From contig CAXWPL010000005.1 in assembly GCA_963666215.2 (NCBI GenBank), positions 928,001-992,000 of the forward strand: a stretch of DNA of 64,000 nt, read 5' to 3'. A model generated the notes under the pieces. The model was not told where the DNA came from, made no database searches, and saw nothing but the letters and a program-made list of their open reading frames with translations. Every line of letters begins with the position of its first letter. Within the stretch, counting starts at the first letter, position 1. Positions 20,252 to 30,652 of this stretch are shown piece after piece. The position numbers were made by a program, and so were the translations under genes. The stretch comes from Acidobacteriota bacterium. Its GTDB lineage: Bacteria > Acidobacteriota > UBA890 > WLXD01.

Positions 20252-21840
20252 ATGGTCCGACGAATCTTCTTCACGAGCTCGATTCTGCTGCCCGCGCTGG
20301 TCGTGCTGGCGGCCCGCCAGTGGCCGCCAGCCATCTGGCTGCTCGCTGTGATCGTCCCGATCATTCTGCTCGGGCTGCACGACGTCATCCAAACCAAGCA
20401 CGCACTGCTACGAATCTTCCCGGTAATCGGTCACGGGCGCTATCTGATGGAGGAGATCCGGCCGGAGATCCAGCAGTACTTCGTAGAAAACAACATCGAC
20501 GGAGCTCCCTACTCACGGGAGCACCGCTCGCAGATCTACCAACGCGCCAAAGGCCAGCTCGACACCGTGCCGTTCGGCACGCAGCGCGACGTCGAGCGCG
20601 AAGGCTACGAGCAGATGGCGCACTCGATCGATCCCGCGGCAACGCTGCACGAGGAGCCTCGTGTGCGCATGGGTGGTCCCGACTGCGCGCAACCGTACGA
20701 CGCCTCGCGGCTCAACATCTCAGCCATGAGCTTCGGGTCTCTCGGGAAAACCGCGGTGATGGCTCTCAACGAAGGGGCACGGCGTGGTGGCTTCGCCCAC
20801 AACACCGGCGAAGGGGGCATCAGCCCGTACCACCTCGAGCCGGGCGGCGACCTGATTTGGCAGGTAGGAACCGGCTACTTCGGGGCGCGCGCCGCCGATG
20901 GCGGCTTCGACCCCGATCGGTATCGCGACAACGCCCAGCGACCCACTGTCAAAGCCGTCGAGCTGAAGCTCTCGCAGGGCGCCAAGCCGGGGCATGGCGG
21001 CATCCTGCCGGCCGCCAAGCTCACCGAAGAGATCGCGCCGGCATCCGCGGCGTACCGATGGGCCAGGACGTGCTCTCACCGCCCGGCCACAGCGCCTTCG
21101 ACTCGCCCACCGGCCTGCTGGAGTTCCTGGCACGGCTGCGCGATCTGTCGGGCGGCAAGCCGGTCGGGTTCAAGCTATGCGTCGGCCGACGCTCGGAGTT
21201 TCTGGGGATTTGCCGCGCCATGGAGCAGACCGGTATCACTCCCGACTTCATCACCATCGACGGCTCAGAGGGTGGCACGGGCGCCGCACCACTCGAATTC
21301 TCCAACTCGGTCGGCCTGCCGCTGCGTGAAGGACTGCGCTTCGCGCACAACGCGTTGGTGGGGTTCGGGGTCCGCGATCGGATCCGCATTGTCGCGGCAG
21401 GCAAGATCAGCACCGCGTTCCACATCTTCAAGGCAATCGCTCTGGGAGCCGACCTCTGCAACTCGGCTCGCGGCATGATGTTCGCGCTCGGCTGCATCCA
21501 GGCGCGGGTTTGCAACACGAACCGCTGTCCGGTGGGCCTGACCACGCAAGATCCCTCGCGCATGCAGGCGCTGCACGTGCCGACCAAGGCCGAGCGTGTG
21601 GCCTCGTACCACCGAGACACCATCCACACCTTCCTCGAGCTCGTCGCCGCCGCGGGCCTCGAGCACCCCACGCAAATCGGCTCGCAGCATGTTCTACGCC
21701 GCGTCGACCCGTTCACCATCAAGCCGTTCTGCGACGTCTACCCGTGTCTCGAGCCGGGCACGCTGCTCCACGACGGCGAGGTGCCCGAGCGCTGGCAGCC
21801 GTGGATGGCGGCGGCGAGCGCCGACCGGTTCCGCGCCTGA
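20252..21840 (+). pseudogene. FMN-binding glutamate synthase family protein, frameshifted near 21035
   Basis: First frame has ISAMSFGSL, NTGEGG, KLSQGAKPGHGG; second frame has KPVGFK, DGSEGGTGAAP, CIQARVCNTNRCPVG. The frames switch at gatcgcgccggcatc. May be a sequencing error. Confidence 0.85.
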
Positions 21841-21884
21841 ACCACCGAGTTAACGGGCGCGCCTGGAGGTGAAAGCTCGGCGCG

Positions 21885-22421
21885 TCACGATTCGGTCGGC
21901 GACATCCTCTGGGCCAACCACGCCAGCACCAATCCGGCAAGGAAGAACCCGACCACCAACTCCATCGCGCGCGCGAAAGCGTACGCCAGAGGAAAGCCGT
22001 ACCCGATCGTGTCGGAGCCGTAGGTCACGAGAGCGGCAGCAAGCCCGGCAAGGGCGAGCACGCCGGCGCGCTCGAGCACGGCGCTGCACGTGATCGCCTG
22101 CAACAGTGCCGCCAGCGCCAGCGCCACCACCATGTCAAGAGCGAGCTCGCCCGCCAGCCGTGACCCGATCCCCGCCGCCTTGTCGGAGCGATCGGGCAGC
22201 ACCGACATCACGGCAAAGACGCCATACGAGCTGTAATAGATGCCGTTGCCTGCCGCATACGGCCGCATCGCGTCGATCAGCTCGACTTGGGCCGAGCCGT
22301 TGCCGCGAAAGCCCTGGACCGGTGGCCCCGGCCACGGGACCGCGGCATTGGCCAACGAGCGCCAGACAAACAGCGTAAGCCCGCCCAAGATGGCCCCGGC
22401 CACCAGGAATCTGCGATTCAT
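21885..22421 (-). CDS. Hypothetical membrane protein (~4 TM)
   Basis: MNRRFLVAGAILGGLTLFVW...; hydrophobic helices; ATG overlaps the upstream stop. Confidence 0.65.
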   Translation of the reverse strand: MNRRFLVAGAILGGLTLFVWRSLANAAVPWPGPPVQGFRGNGSAQVELIDAMRPYAAGNGIYYSSYGVFAVMSVLPDRSDKAAGIGSRLAGELALDMVVALALAALLQAITCSAVLERAGVLALAGLAAALVTYGSDTIGYGFPLAYAFARAMELVVGFFLAGLVLAWLAQRMSPTES

Positions 22422-22612
22422 CGCCGGGCTGGCGTGTCTTCGCGGCTGCGCAGCGGGCGCAGAAGCCCGACCCAGAACGACAATTCGAAGGCGGCACCGA
22501 GAACAAGGAACACGACGAACGTAATCCCGGCGCCCACCATCGTGATCGCCGACAGGAAGTAGCAAACCAGCGCCGCTACCAGATAGACCGCCAAGCGACC
22601 CGCTCTACGCAT
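22418..22612 (-). CDS. Small 2-TM membrane protein
   Basis: MRRAGRLAVYLVAALVCYFL...FELSFW; AAGGGAG RBS. Confidence 0.55.
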   Translation of the reverse strand: MRRAGRLAVYLVAALVCYFLSAITMVGAGITFVVFLVLGAAFELSFWVGLLRPLRSREDTPARR

Positions 22613-22897
22613 TGTCACGACTCCCTTCTCGAGTTCTCGCCGACTCGTCTGCGCTGCACGCTGCAACGCCTGGCGCTCAGCCTAGCAGCAGCTGGCGCAC
22701 GATTGATGAGAGTTGGTTCTTGACCGCAGTGTCCGGGAGCAGTTATCCAAGAGCCGGTTCCCTGCCCGCACCGACGTGGCGGCTTACTACACAAAACGAA
22801 CATCGGCTGCATCGAGGCTGACCACTCAGCCCCCTGATGGGCGCCTTCTTCCTGAGCGGCCTCGATCGCGAAGCGACCTGCTCGACGGCCGCCAAAA

Positions 22898-23203
22898 CTA
22901 GGCCGAGCCGCGCGCGCGGTCGATCTCGAAGCGCTGCTGAGCCACCTGGCGCACCAACATGCGCTTCATGAGCGACTGATACGGCACGTCCTGCTCCGCC
23001 GCGAGTAGCTTGATCGACGCAAGCAGCCAGGCAGGCATTCGCACTGTGACGCGCTCCGTCGACTTCGCTTCGCTGGGTAGCGCGGCATCGGGACGCTCTC
23101 GTGTGTCGAAGTACGGCAGCCACTCCGCCTGCCGACCCCACCACTCGGCTTCTTCTTGCTCTGAAGCGAACTCGGGAATCTGCTTGACCTTCGCGGGGCT
23201 CAT
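22898..23203 (-). CDS. BrnA/CopG-like antitoxin
   Basis: IPEFASEQEEAEWW...RVTVRM...IKLLA...VPYQSLMK; AGGAGG RBS; ATG at 23203. Confidence 0.85.
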   Translation of the reverse strand: MSPAKVKQIPEFASEQEEAEWWGRQAEWLPYFDTRERPDAALPSEAKSTERVTVRMPAWLLASIKLLAAEQDVPYQSLMKRMLVRQVAQQRFEIDRARGSA

Positions 23204-23500
23204 GACTCGAAGAACCTCCTTTCTTTGCGACTCATCGGTCGCGCCGAGATCACTCGGATCTTGCGGTCGCGGCTCGTCCAAAATCACGGCGATGAGCCGC
23301 CCGTCGCCCGTCTGGCCCAAAGCGAGAAAGCGCTCCTCGCCGACCGCTCTGGCTCGAAATACCCGTAGTCGATCGTGACGACCGAAGATCTCCTCAGCCT
23401 CTCCAGCGCAGACTCCATGCTTCGCGAGCTTGTCGGTATTCGAGGCGTCCCAGTCGAACCGAAGTTCGCCAGCCGTCAGGATCTCTGGGTAAATGTACAT
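23200..23500 (-). pseudogene. BrnT toxin with a 1-nt frameshift
   Basis: FDWDASNTDKLAKHGV..EAEEIF..EERFLALG..GRLIAVI. The canonical tail WTSRDRKIRVISARPMSRKERRFFES* is in a shifted frame after the A4 run at 23280-23283. Confidence 0.8.
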
Positions 23501-23655
23501 GATCAAAGCGCAATAAACGACGATCAAGGCACCCAAGAACGACAGCTAGGGCGCGTGGCAGCGTCGCAACGGTCTTGGTGCGAGCAGTTCTCTCTCAGCT
23601 ATGTGAGACGGTCACGGCTCGGATTGCCGACAAGGGGACCCCTGCCCCGCCTTCG

Positions 23656-26040
23656 CTAGAAGAGCCTCAGCAGCGCCTCGAGCAGATCGACTTCCTCGGC
23701 GGTCAGCGCGACGACGGGGCCATCGGAAACGCCGCCCTCGGCGGGCGGCGGCAGCGGGATCAGCGGCTCCTGGTCGCCGCCCTCCGGCCGATCCCGATCC
23801 CGAGCGCGCTCGGCGGATGCGTCGTAGTGATGCCAGGCCCGCGCGCCTCGGTAGCGGAAACGCTCCAGCAGGTCACGCATGGAGCTCGCCGAGCCGTTGG
23901 TGAAGTAGGGTCGCTTGTCCCACACGCGACGCAGGCTCGGTACGCGGGCGCCGCGCGCCGAGATGTAGGGAACGATGCCGGTCTTGGTCATCGAAGCCGC
24001 GCCCCAGACGGCGTCTCGACCCTCGAGCTGCAGCCAGTCGGCCCACTCGGCGAACGCCACGCCTTCCCCGGCGTCACGAGTCGAGGTGCCCGCCTGGTGG
24101 CAGCTCGCGCAGCGATCGCGGAAAACCGTGAGCGCCCGGCGCGCGCCGTCGCCCAGCGTCGCACCCTGGGCAATCTGAGGGTTGGGCGGGTGCGGGCTGT
24201 CGACGAAGAAGGCGAGCATGGCGCGGCGTTGGTCGGCGGGCGCGAGCACATCGGGAAGGTCGCCGAGCTCGCGTAGCCAGGCGTGATCGTCGACTGGTAG
24301 ATCGAAGAAGGCCTGGCGCTCCTGATTGGCGACGCGAAACTCGTTCATGATCATCACGGCGAGCGACGAATCACCCGCGCGTGAGAACAGCGGCACGTTG
24401 TTGGCCAGGCCGCGGAGGGTCTTGGTGGTGGCGAAGACGTCGTCACGGCCGGTGTAGTGAGTGCGGCCGTCGACGCCGCCCTCGAAGTGGCAAGTCTCAC
24501 AGGAAAACCGCGACAGCTCACCCTCGGTGCGATTGTCGGGCGCCATGAGGGTTGTGTAAAAGAGCTGCTCGCCAAGGCGTACGTCGACTGCGTGTGCGTC
24601 GCGAGCCTCGCCGAGCTCGGGGGCGTCGGGCATGCGAATGCGATGCGTCCGGAACGTTGAAGCTGCCAGCGGCACGGTGACGACCCGATCGATCAGCGTG
24701 CTCGTCGCCACGATGCGCTCGGACTCGACGACGAAATCGGTAACCCCGGCTGGCACCGCAAGCTCCTCTAACAAATCGAGCCGATCCGGCCGAACGGCGA
24801 AGAGCCCGAGAGTTTCGGAGCCGAAGCCGCTGACCCATGCGCAGCCAACGGTTACGCGGAGGCGCTCGCATTCCGGATGGGCCGCGCTCTGCTCTTCGCT
24901 CAGCAGATGAATTGCCTTGGGCGTGACGATGGGAATCTCCGAGAGATTGAGCTCGGCGAGCAGCGTTGCGCGCGTGTTGGGCGGTTCTGAACCGGAACGA
25001 GAGTCCACCTCTCGGCCATCCAACCGGGGCACGTGGTACGCGAACAGGAAGGAGTCGACGTAGCCGAACTCACCGCCTGTGCGATCGAGAGGCCGATTCT
25101 CGACGCCTCCGGCGACCACCAGAAACCCGTCGTCGTGGTGCTGTACATCGAACGACCAGATGGGGCCGTCGTGTTCGATGCGAATCGCACGACCGAGCTC
25201 CGGTTCCCCCTCGACGAGAGGAATCACGACGAGCGCGTGGCCGAGCAGCTCGTTGACGAACAGATGTCCAGCCAGAGAGCGGACCCGCAAAGGCCTCGAC
25301 CCGAGCTCGTAGCTCGTAGCTCCATCGACGTTTCCGGCGAGACCTCCCGCCGGGTCGTCGATCGACATCTCCGGAAGCTCGAGCCGTTGCATCGAATCGT
25401 CGAAATCGTTCAGCGCGTAGATATGATCGCCAACTCGAACCAGGTCGCGCGCACGCGCGCCGCCATGCGGTAGATCCCACAGATGACGCAGCTCAGAACC
25501 GGATACGTGGTAGGCGCCGATGTTGGCGGAGAGCTCGCCAACAACCAGCAGATGTCGTCCGTCTACCAGGTCCCACCCCACAGGTGAGCGCGGCACCCGG
25601 ATCGAGTCGAGAAGTTGGAGCCCTTCGTCGAGAAGCACCACCCGCGACGCGTGCCGCAGCATCACCAGGTACCGCCGCGGGCCATCGAGCGCCAGCAATC
25701 GATAGGGCTCGGTTCCAAAGCGAGCGACCGTATTGGCGATCGTCTCCTCCGGTGTGCGCGGTTCGCCGCCGGCAGGATGGGTGAGCAGCATCGCCTCTTC
25801 TTCGGCCCACAGAGCGAGGCCGATGCGCTCCTCTTGCGAGCGCATGCAGCCGCCCGCGGCCAACGCCGCGAATACCAAGGCCAGCACAAACGTCGAAGAG
25901 ACGACCGTTCCAACCGCGCCGGCGACGATGCTGATCCCGGTCCTCAAAGCCGTGTCTCCCCGGCGGCGACGGTGCGCGCGCGATAAAGCGAGGGCCCCGC
26001 GCCTTCCTTGATCGAAGACACGGGGCCCTGATGTTGCCAC
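23656..26040 (-). CDS. Beta-propeller + di-heme cytochrome c (CcP/MauG-like) putative lipoprotein
   Basis: LAAGGC lipobox; two CXXCH motifs (CETCH, CASCH); LGEQLF, VPSLRRVW..PYFTNGSA. Confidence 0.7.
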   Translation of the reverse strand: MATSGPRVFDQGRRGALALSRAHRRRRGDTALRTGISIVAGAVGTVVSSTFVLALVFAALAAGGCMRSQEERIGLALWAEEEAMLLTHPAGGEPRTPEETIANTVARFGTEPYRLLALDGPRRYLVMLRHASRVVLLDEGLQLLDSIRVPRSPVGWDLVDGRHLLVVGELSANIGAYHVSGSELRHLWDLPHGGARARDLVRVGDHIYALNDFDDSMQRLELPEMSIDDPAGGLAGNVDGATSYELGSRPLRVRSLAGHLFVNELLGHALVVIPLVEGEPELGRAIRIEHDGPIWSFDVQHHDDGFLVVAGGVENRPLDRTGGEFGYVDSFLFAYHVPRLDGREVDSRSGSEPPNTRATLLAELNLSEIPIVTPKAIHLLSEEQSAAHPECERLRVTVGCAWVSGFGSETLGLFAVRPDRLDLLEELAVPAGVTDFVVESERIVATSTLIDRVVTVPLAASTFRTHRIRMPDAPELGEARDAHAVDVRLGEQLFYTTLMAPDNRTEGELSRFSCETCHFEGGVDGRTHYTGRDDVFATTKTLRGLANNVPLFSRAGDSSLAVMIMNEFRVANQERQAFFDLPVDDHAWLRELGDLPDVLAPADQRRAMLAFFVDSPHPPNPQIAQGATLGDGARRALTVFRDRCASCHQAGTSTRDAGEGVAFAEWADWLQLEGRDAVWGAASMTKTGIVPYISARGARVPSLRRVWDKRPYFTNGSASSMRDLLERFRYRGARAWHHYDASAERARDRDRPEGGDQEPLIPLPPPAEGGVSDGPVVALTAEEVDLLEALLRLF

Positions 26041-26106
26041 CCTGAGCTCAGGCCCGCGCGGTGCGTTGCCGTCGCGTGGTCGAAGCGTCAGGGCTCAGCG
26101 GTGCGA

Positions 26107-26577
26107 CTACCAGCCGCCGCCGCCGCCGCTAGGCATCGACGGACGCGGTGCGGTCCGCTTTTCCTTCAGCTCCATCGTGATGTTCCACGTCGGAGCGTCC
26201 TCGGGCAGGCTCGTCATCGCCACGAGGCCGGCAATGGCGTCGGAGTCGTCGGAAGTATCGACCTCCATCGCCGGGAGAACCAAGACGGTGATCGTCTCGC
26301 CACCAGCAAGCGTCACGATGTCGTCACGCACCATCTGAACGAGATAGGCCTTCTTGTCCTTCTTGATCCAGTACTCGGTCTTGCCGTCCGACAGATCCTT
26401 GAGGGTGAAGGAGTGCTCCTTGCCGTTGTTCTTGAGCGTCTTGCCCTTCTCGCCCACCTTCATGAGCTTGACTTCGATCTCGCGGCTGGTCTGGTGACTC
26501 GCGTAGGCTGCCGTCAACCCAACTGCGAGCACAACCGCCACGACCGCGACGAACAGCGAGCATTTGCGCATATGCAT
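26107..26577 (-). CDS. Hypothetical secreted protein
   Basis: Signal peptide; Lys-rich, non-shadow composition; GGAGA RBS. Confidence 0.7.
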   Translation of the reverse strand: MHMRKCSLFVAVVAVVLAVGLTAAYASHQTSREIEVKLMKVGEKGKTLKNNGKEHSFTLKDLSDGKTEYWIKKDKKAYLVQMVRDDIVTLAGGETITVLVLPAMEVDTSDDSDAIAGLVAMTSLPEDAPTWNITMELKEKRTAPRPSMPSGGGGGW

Positions 26578-26740
26578 GCTTCTCCGATGGGGGGAGTTGA
26601 GAGGTCACAGACATTATCCACCATCGCGGGCCGTTCAGAGCAACCTGGCGGGGACGAAGTGCGTCAGCGCAATGACGAGCGACAGCGTTTTGACCCATCC
26701 ACGAGATCTATTCTCGTCTCGACGCCGCTCCATTACCGAT

Positions 26741-27469
26741 CTACTCCGGCGCGACCAATCGGATACGCAAGATCCGATCGAGCAGCGGAAACGAAGCATC
26801 GAGATGCGCATTGCCGCCGGCGATCATGCGTGCCTGCTTGCCCAGCCGCATACCACCGCCGGCCGATTCGCCGTATCCGGCGTGGAGAGAGTCGAGCACA
26901 TCCATCCCTTCGATCACACGCCCCAGCGGTGCGAAGCCCTGCTCGTCGAGCTCCGGATTGTCGACCAGGTTGAAGTAAATCTGAGTGGTACGAGTGTCGG
27001 GGCCGGTCATCGCGTAGGAGAAGCTGCCGCGTGCGTTGGTCGCCGCTACGGGGTCGTCGCGCAACGCTCGGCCGCGCCAGGCGGCGGTAACAGCGGGGTT
27101 GCCGGGCAAGCCGAACTGAGCGATAAAACGCTCGCGCAAACGATAGAAGCGGGAGTCGTCGTAGAACCCGAGTCGAATCAGGTTGTAGAAGCGATCGGCC
27201 CCAATCGGCGCCTGCGCCCGCTGCACCTCGATCGTGACATCGCCCTTGCTGGTCTCGAGGAGCGCTCGAAATCGATCGGGCGCCTGTCGCGACCACTCGG
27301 CGTGGTCAGGATCGAGCAACAAAGAGCCGGGGTTCGCCGCGCGCGCCTGCGACACCGCCCGTGCGTCTGCGGGGCTGAGGCTGGCGGCGAGCAGCACCGG
27401 CAGACTCGAGGCGACGATCGTGCTTACGATCACCCAGCGAGTTGACCACCACTCACGTTTCTCGTTCAC
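26741..27469 (-). CDS. Cyclophilin-type peptidyl-prolyl isomerase
   Basis: APIGADRFYNL, FYR...FIAQFG, RTTQIYFNLVDN..LD..GFAPLGRVIEGMDV. Confidence 0.9.
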   Translation of the reverse strand: MNEKREWWSTRWVIVSTIVASSLPVLLAASLSPADARAVSQARAANPGSLLLDPDHAEWSRQAPDRFRALLETSKGDVTIEVQRAQAPIGADRFYNLIRLGFYDDSRFYRLRERFIAQFGLPGNPAVTAAWRGRALRDDPVAATNARGSFSYAMTGPDTRTTQIYFNLVDNPELDEQGFAPLGRVIEGMDVLDSLHAGYGESAGGGMRLGKQARMIAGGNAHLDASFPLLDRILRIRLVAPE

Positions 27470-27527
27470 TCATCACCTCGCGCAGGGCCGGTTCAGGATA
27501 AGCTCGAACGGTAGGCAAGGATACGTG

Positions 27528-28790
27528 ATGGGACGCAAAACAAGGGTCGGAGCGACGCTGCTCGCGGCGGCTTGTTCTGCCTGCTCGAGCGGGGAGCCCC
27601 CGGTTGCCGAGCCGCCACTCGGCCACAACCCCGACTCGATATCCGCGGCAGCTGGCGACGACGCCAGCCGGCGCGCCGGCAGGCCCACGGACCCCGAGCG
27701 TATTCGCCGCGCAATGCGCTCCTACGGCGTTCTGGAGTTCATTGGCGAAGACACGATCCCCTCCGCAACCCAACTCGAAGGCACCGAGGTCGGCGGGCTC
27801 TCCGGAATCACCTTTGCCGGCGACGATCGCTACTTCGTGGTCTCCGACGATCGTGGCACGCACGGTCCGGGGCGGATCTACCTGCTGCAGATCAACCTCG
27901 ACGACGGCACGCTCGATCCGGGCGATGTCGAGCTTCGAGGCTGGACCGCAGTGCTCGGCGACAACGGCCGCCCGCTGGTCGCCGAGACATTCGATCTGGA
28001 AGGAATCGCGCTGGGACCCGACAGCACGCTCTATCTCGCGTCGGAAGGCGAAGCGGCGGCGCTCATCCCGCCGTTCGTGGCGCAGCAAGCAGCCGATGGG
28101 CGGCTGCTCCGGAGGTTCGAGCTACCGACCAAGTTTCTGCCGAAAGCGGGAGGCACTGCTGGCGTGCGCCGCAACATGGCGTTCGAGAGTCTCTCCATAT
28201 CGCCGAGCGGACGCTACGTTTTCACGGCAACCGAGAACGCCCTGGCGCAGGACGGACCGGAGGCCGGTCGCTCGGTTTCGAGTCCGTCGCGTTTGCTGGT
28301 GTTCGATCGAGAGTCGGGCCAGGCGGTGTCGGAGTACCTGTATGAGGTGAGCCCGATCGGGCTCGAGCGTTCGCGACCCCTCGCGTTCAACTCCGCCGGC
28401 CTCGCCGATCTGGCGGCGATCGACGATCAGCACATGGTGACCCTGGAGCGCTCGTTCGCCGCCGGCATCGGCTTTCACGCCCAACTCTACTGCTCGTGCA
28501 TCGAGGATGCCGACGACATCAGCTCGCTCGAATCTTTGACCGCGGCAGGCGCAGCGTCTCCGCCGCAACATCCCGTGCCGGTGCGGAAGGTTCTGCTGCT
28601 TGACCTCGCCGAGGTGGATATCCGACTCGACAACCTGGAGGGAATCGGTTTCGGACCGTCGCTACCCGACGGCAGACGGACGCTGCTCCTGGTGAGTGAC
28701 AACAACTTCAACGCCGACCTCCAGATCACCCAGTTTCTGGCGTTCGCCGCTCCCGCCGATATGCTCGCCGCGTGCGAGGGGCTGCATTGA
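27528..28790 (+). CDS. Esterase-like activity of phytase family lipoprotein
   Basis: GGLSGI, VSDDRG, DLEGI, RRNMAFESL, LERSF, DNLEG, LVSDNNF. Confidence 0.85.
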   Translation: MGRKTRVGATLLAAACSACSSGEPPVAEPPLGHNPDSISAAAGDDASRRAGRPTDPERIRRAMRSYGVLEFIGEDTIPSATQLEGTEVGGLSGITFAGDDRYFVVSDDRGTHGPGRIYLLQINLDDGTLDPGDVELRGWTAVLGDNGRPLVAETFDLEGIALGPDSTLYLASEGEAAALIPPFVAQQAADGRLLRRFELPTKFLPKAGGTAGVRRNMAFESLSISPSGRYVFTATENALAQDGPEAGRSVSSPSRLLVFDRESGQAVSEYLYEVSPIGLERSRPLAFNSAGLADLAAIDDQHMVTLERSFAAGIGFHAQLYCSCIEDADDISSLESLTAAGAASPPQHPVPVRKVLLLDLAEVDIRLDNLEGIGFGPSLPDGRRTLLLVSDNNFNADLQITQFLAFAAPADMLAACEGLH

Positions 28791-28877
28791 GCCAGGGGCT
28801 CCTTCGGGCCAACCCCCACCGGCTCGGCCGCCTCCGCCGCCCCGATCGACAACCAGCCGAGCTCGTCCGCTGACGCA

Positions 28878-29405
28878 CGACTGCTCCTGCTGAGCACGTC
28901 GACCGTGCACGGCTCGAGCTATCTGGATTACGCCGAAGAACACGTCCGCGAGCACCTGCGAGGTGTCGGCAGGCTGCTGTTCGTCCCGTACGCCCGACCA
29001 AGCGGCGTGAGCCACGCCGCCTACACCGAACTGGCACGAGGCGCCAGCGCCGGATCCAACGTTGCCGGGATGTCGATTGGAACCACCAACGACATGCCGA
29101 TCGCGCACCCACCGTCGCTCGACGCACTCGCGCTGGTGCCGTTCAACATCAACCCGCACTACATCGACCCCGACCCTGAGTCCAAGCACGTGGGCGAAAC
29201 CCGAGAAACGCGCATCAAAGAGTTCCACGTCTTCAACAACCCGGCTGTGATCGGGCTGCGAGAAGGGGCGGTGCTGCGACTACGCCAGGGAGAGCTCACA
29301 CTGGAAGGGTGCGGCGGAGCACGCCTGTTTCGACGCGACCGACGGCCCACGGAGCACCTCGCGGGAGCGGTGCTCAATGACCTCTTGGCGCCCGCCCGAA
29401 GCTAG
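28878..29405 (+). pseudogene. pepE: Dipeptidase E (peptidase S51) with an in-frame internal deletion
   Basis: RLLLLSTST.HGSSYL, LFVPYA, GASAGSN, TTNDMPI, INPHY, GETRETRI, GLREG. The segment containing GGGNT is missing at 29039/29040 and no clear start codon is present. Confidence 0.8.
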
Positions 29406-29489
29406 TCACGGTGGAAATCTCGACCACGCTCGCACACCCATCGACATGCTCGGCAACCACCCCACGGCAGCGACCGGGGACCTGGAGCG

Positions 29490-30548
29490 CTAGCGTCGTA
29501 CCGCGATCTCCACGCGACGGTTGGCGCGGCGACCCGGTGTAGAGCCATTGCTGGCGGTGGGCTGTTCCTCGCCGTAGGCAACCGTAGCAACGCGGTCGAA
29601 GGCAAGGCCCGCCGCGGTCAGCGCTTCCGACACCACGGCGACTCGGCGTTCACTGAGCGTCATGTTCAACTGCGATGGGCCGCTCGAGTCGGTATAACCG
29701 TTGATCTGCAGGCGCACGCCAGGACATCCAGCGGCCTGTTCGGCCAGCTCCGCCAGGAAGCGCCGCGACTCGGTTCTCAAACGACGGCTGCCGTTGTCGA
29801 ACAGAATGTGGCGGTCGTTGACCAGCCCCTCAATCTGCCGAACACACGCCGCCGATGCCGTCGCCGTTGTCTCCGCCGCCGCGACAGCAACCGACAGGTC
29901 GATCTCCGCAGCGTATCCGGCAGGCAATGCGCCGCGAATCGCCGCCGCGAGCTCGTCGCGCTGAGCCGCAGAGGAGACCTCGCCCGCAACCGTGACTGTG
30001 GTGTCGATGATCGTGGCGGTGGCGCGATCGGCCCCACCGAGCGCGCCCAACGCCGCTGCCGCCGCGGCCTCCCAGCCGGCGGGAGCCCCTGCCGCGATTT
30101 CGAGGTCACCTGCGACACGCTCGGCGCCGAAAACGTTCGCGAGCAGCTCTCGGATGGCCGTACGCACCGGCTCATCGGGAGTGACGCCACTCAGGCGAGC
30201 GCTCGATCCGTCGTAGTCGAGCGCCATCCAATAGCCGCCGGTGAGCTTGGCGGCTTCGAGCGGCGAGGCCACGACGCGGATTCCGTTGGCCACAGATGCC
30301 ACGCCCCACACCGCCCCGACGACCTGGCGGACGCGAGTCTTGTCGTCCTCGCTCGCGGTGATTCCTTCGAGCGTCAGGTTCTGGCCGTCAGCAGTTGCCG
30401 TGGCCCAGTCGATCCCGGCGGCGGCCAGCGCCTCGTTGCTGCGTTGCCCGATCTCGGCCTCGATGCCCGGGGCGTGCCCACGAATGCAGAAGAACGCCAG
30501 CACCGCCAGCGCCAAGACCGCGACGATCAGCAAACCTGCTCTGTTCAT
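29490..30548 (-). CDS. BON + OmpA domain protein
   Basis: N-terminal TM; BON (VWGVASVANGI); OmpA-C (GYTDSSG..N..LSERR, GEEQP, NRRVEI). Confidence 0.85.
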   Translation of the reverse strand: MNRAGLLIVAVLALAVLAFFCIRGHAPGIEAEIGQRSNEALAAAGIDWATATADGQNLTLEGITASEDDKTRVRQVVGAVWGVASVANGIRVVASPLEAAKLTGGYWMALDYDGSSARLSGVTPDEPVRTAIRELLANVFGAERVAGDLEIAAGAPAGWEAAAAAALGALGGADRATATIIDTTVTVAGEVSSAAQRDELAAAIRGALPAGYAAEIDLSVAVAAAETTATASAACVRQIEGLVNDRHILFDNGSRRLRTESRRFLAELAEQAAGCPGVRLQINGYTDSSGPSQLNMTLSERRVAVVSEALTAAGLAFDRVATVAYGEEQPTASNGSTPGRRANRRVEIAVRR

Positions 30549-30652
30549 CCGACATCCTCACTCGCATGCAAGGCCCCAGGCCGGATCGGAAGGCTACGCC
30601 AACAGCATCGCCGACGCAACGGAATCGTACGTGTGGACGATACCGCCGGGCG

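Noticed and set aside
22700-22800. TTATCCAAGAG resembling the start of a SAM-I riboswitch, with a weak hairpin
   Set aside because: The rest of the SAM-I core is absent and there is no downstream gene on that strand.
10032-23655. Mobile island bounded by the TA modules
   Set aside because: No integrase, transposase, tRNA, att repeats or compositional shift, and guaA lies in between.
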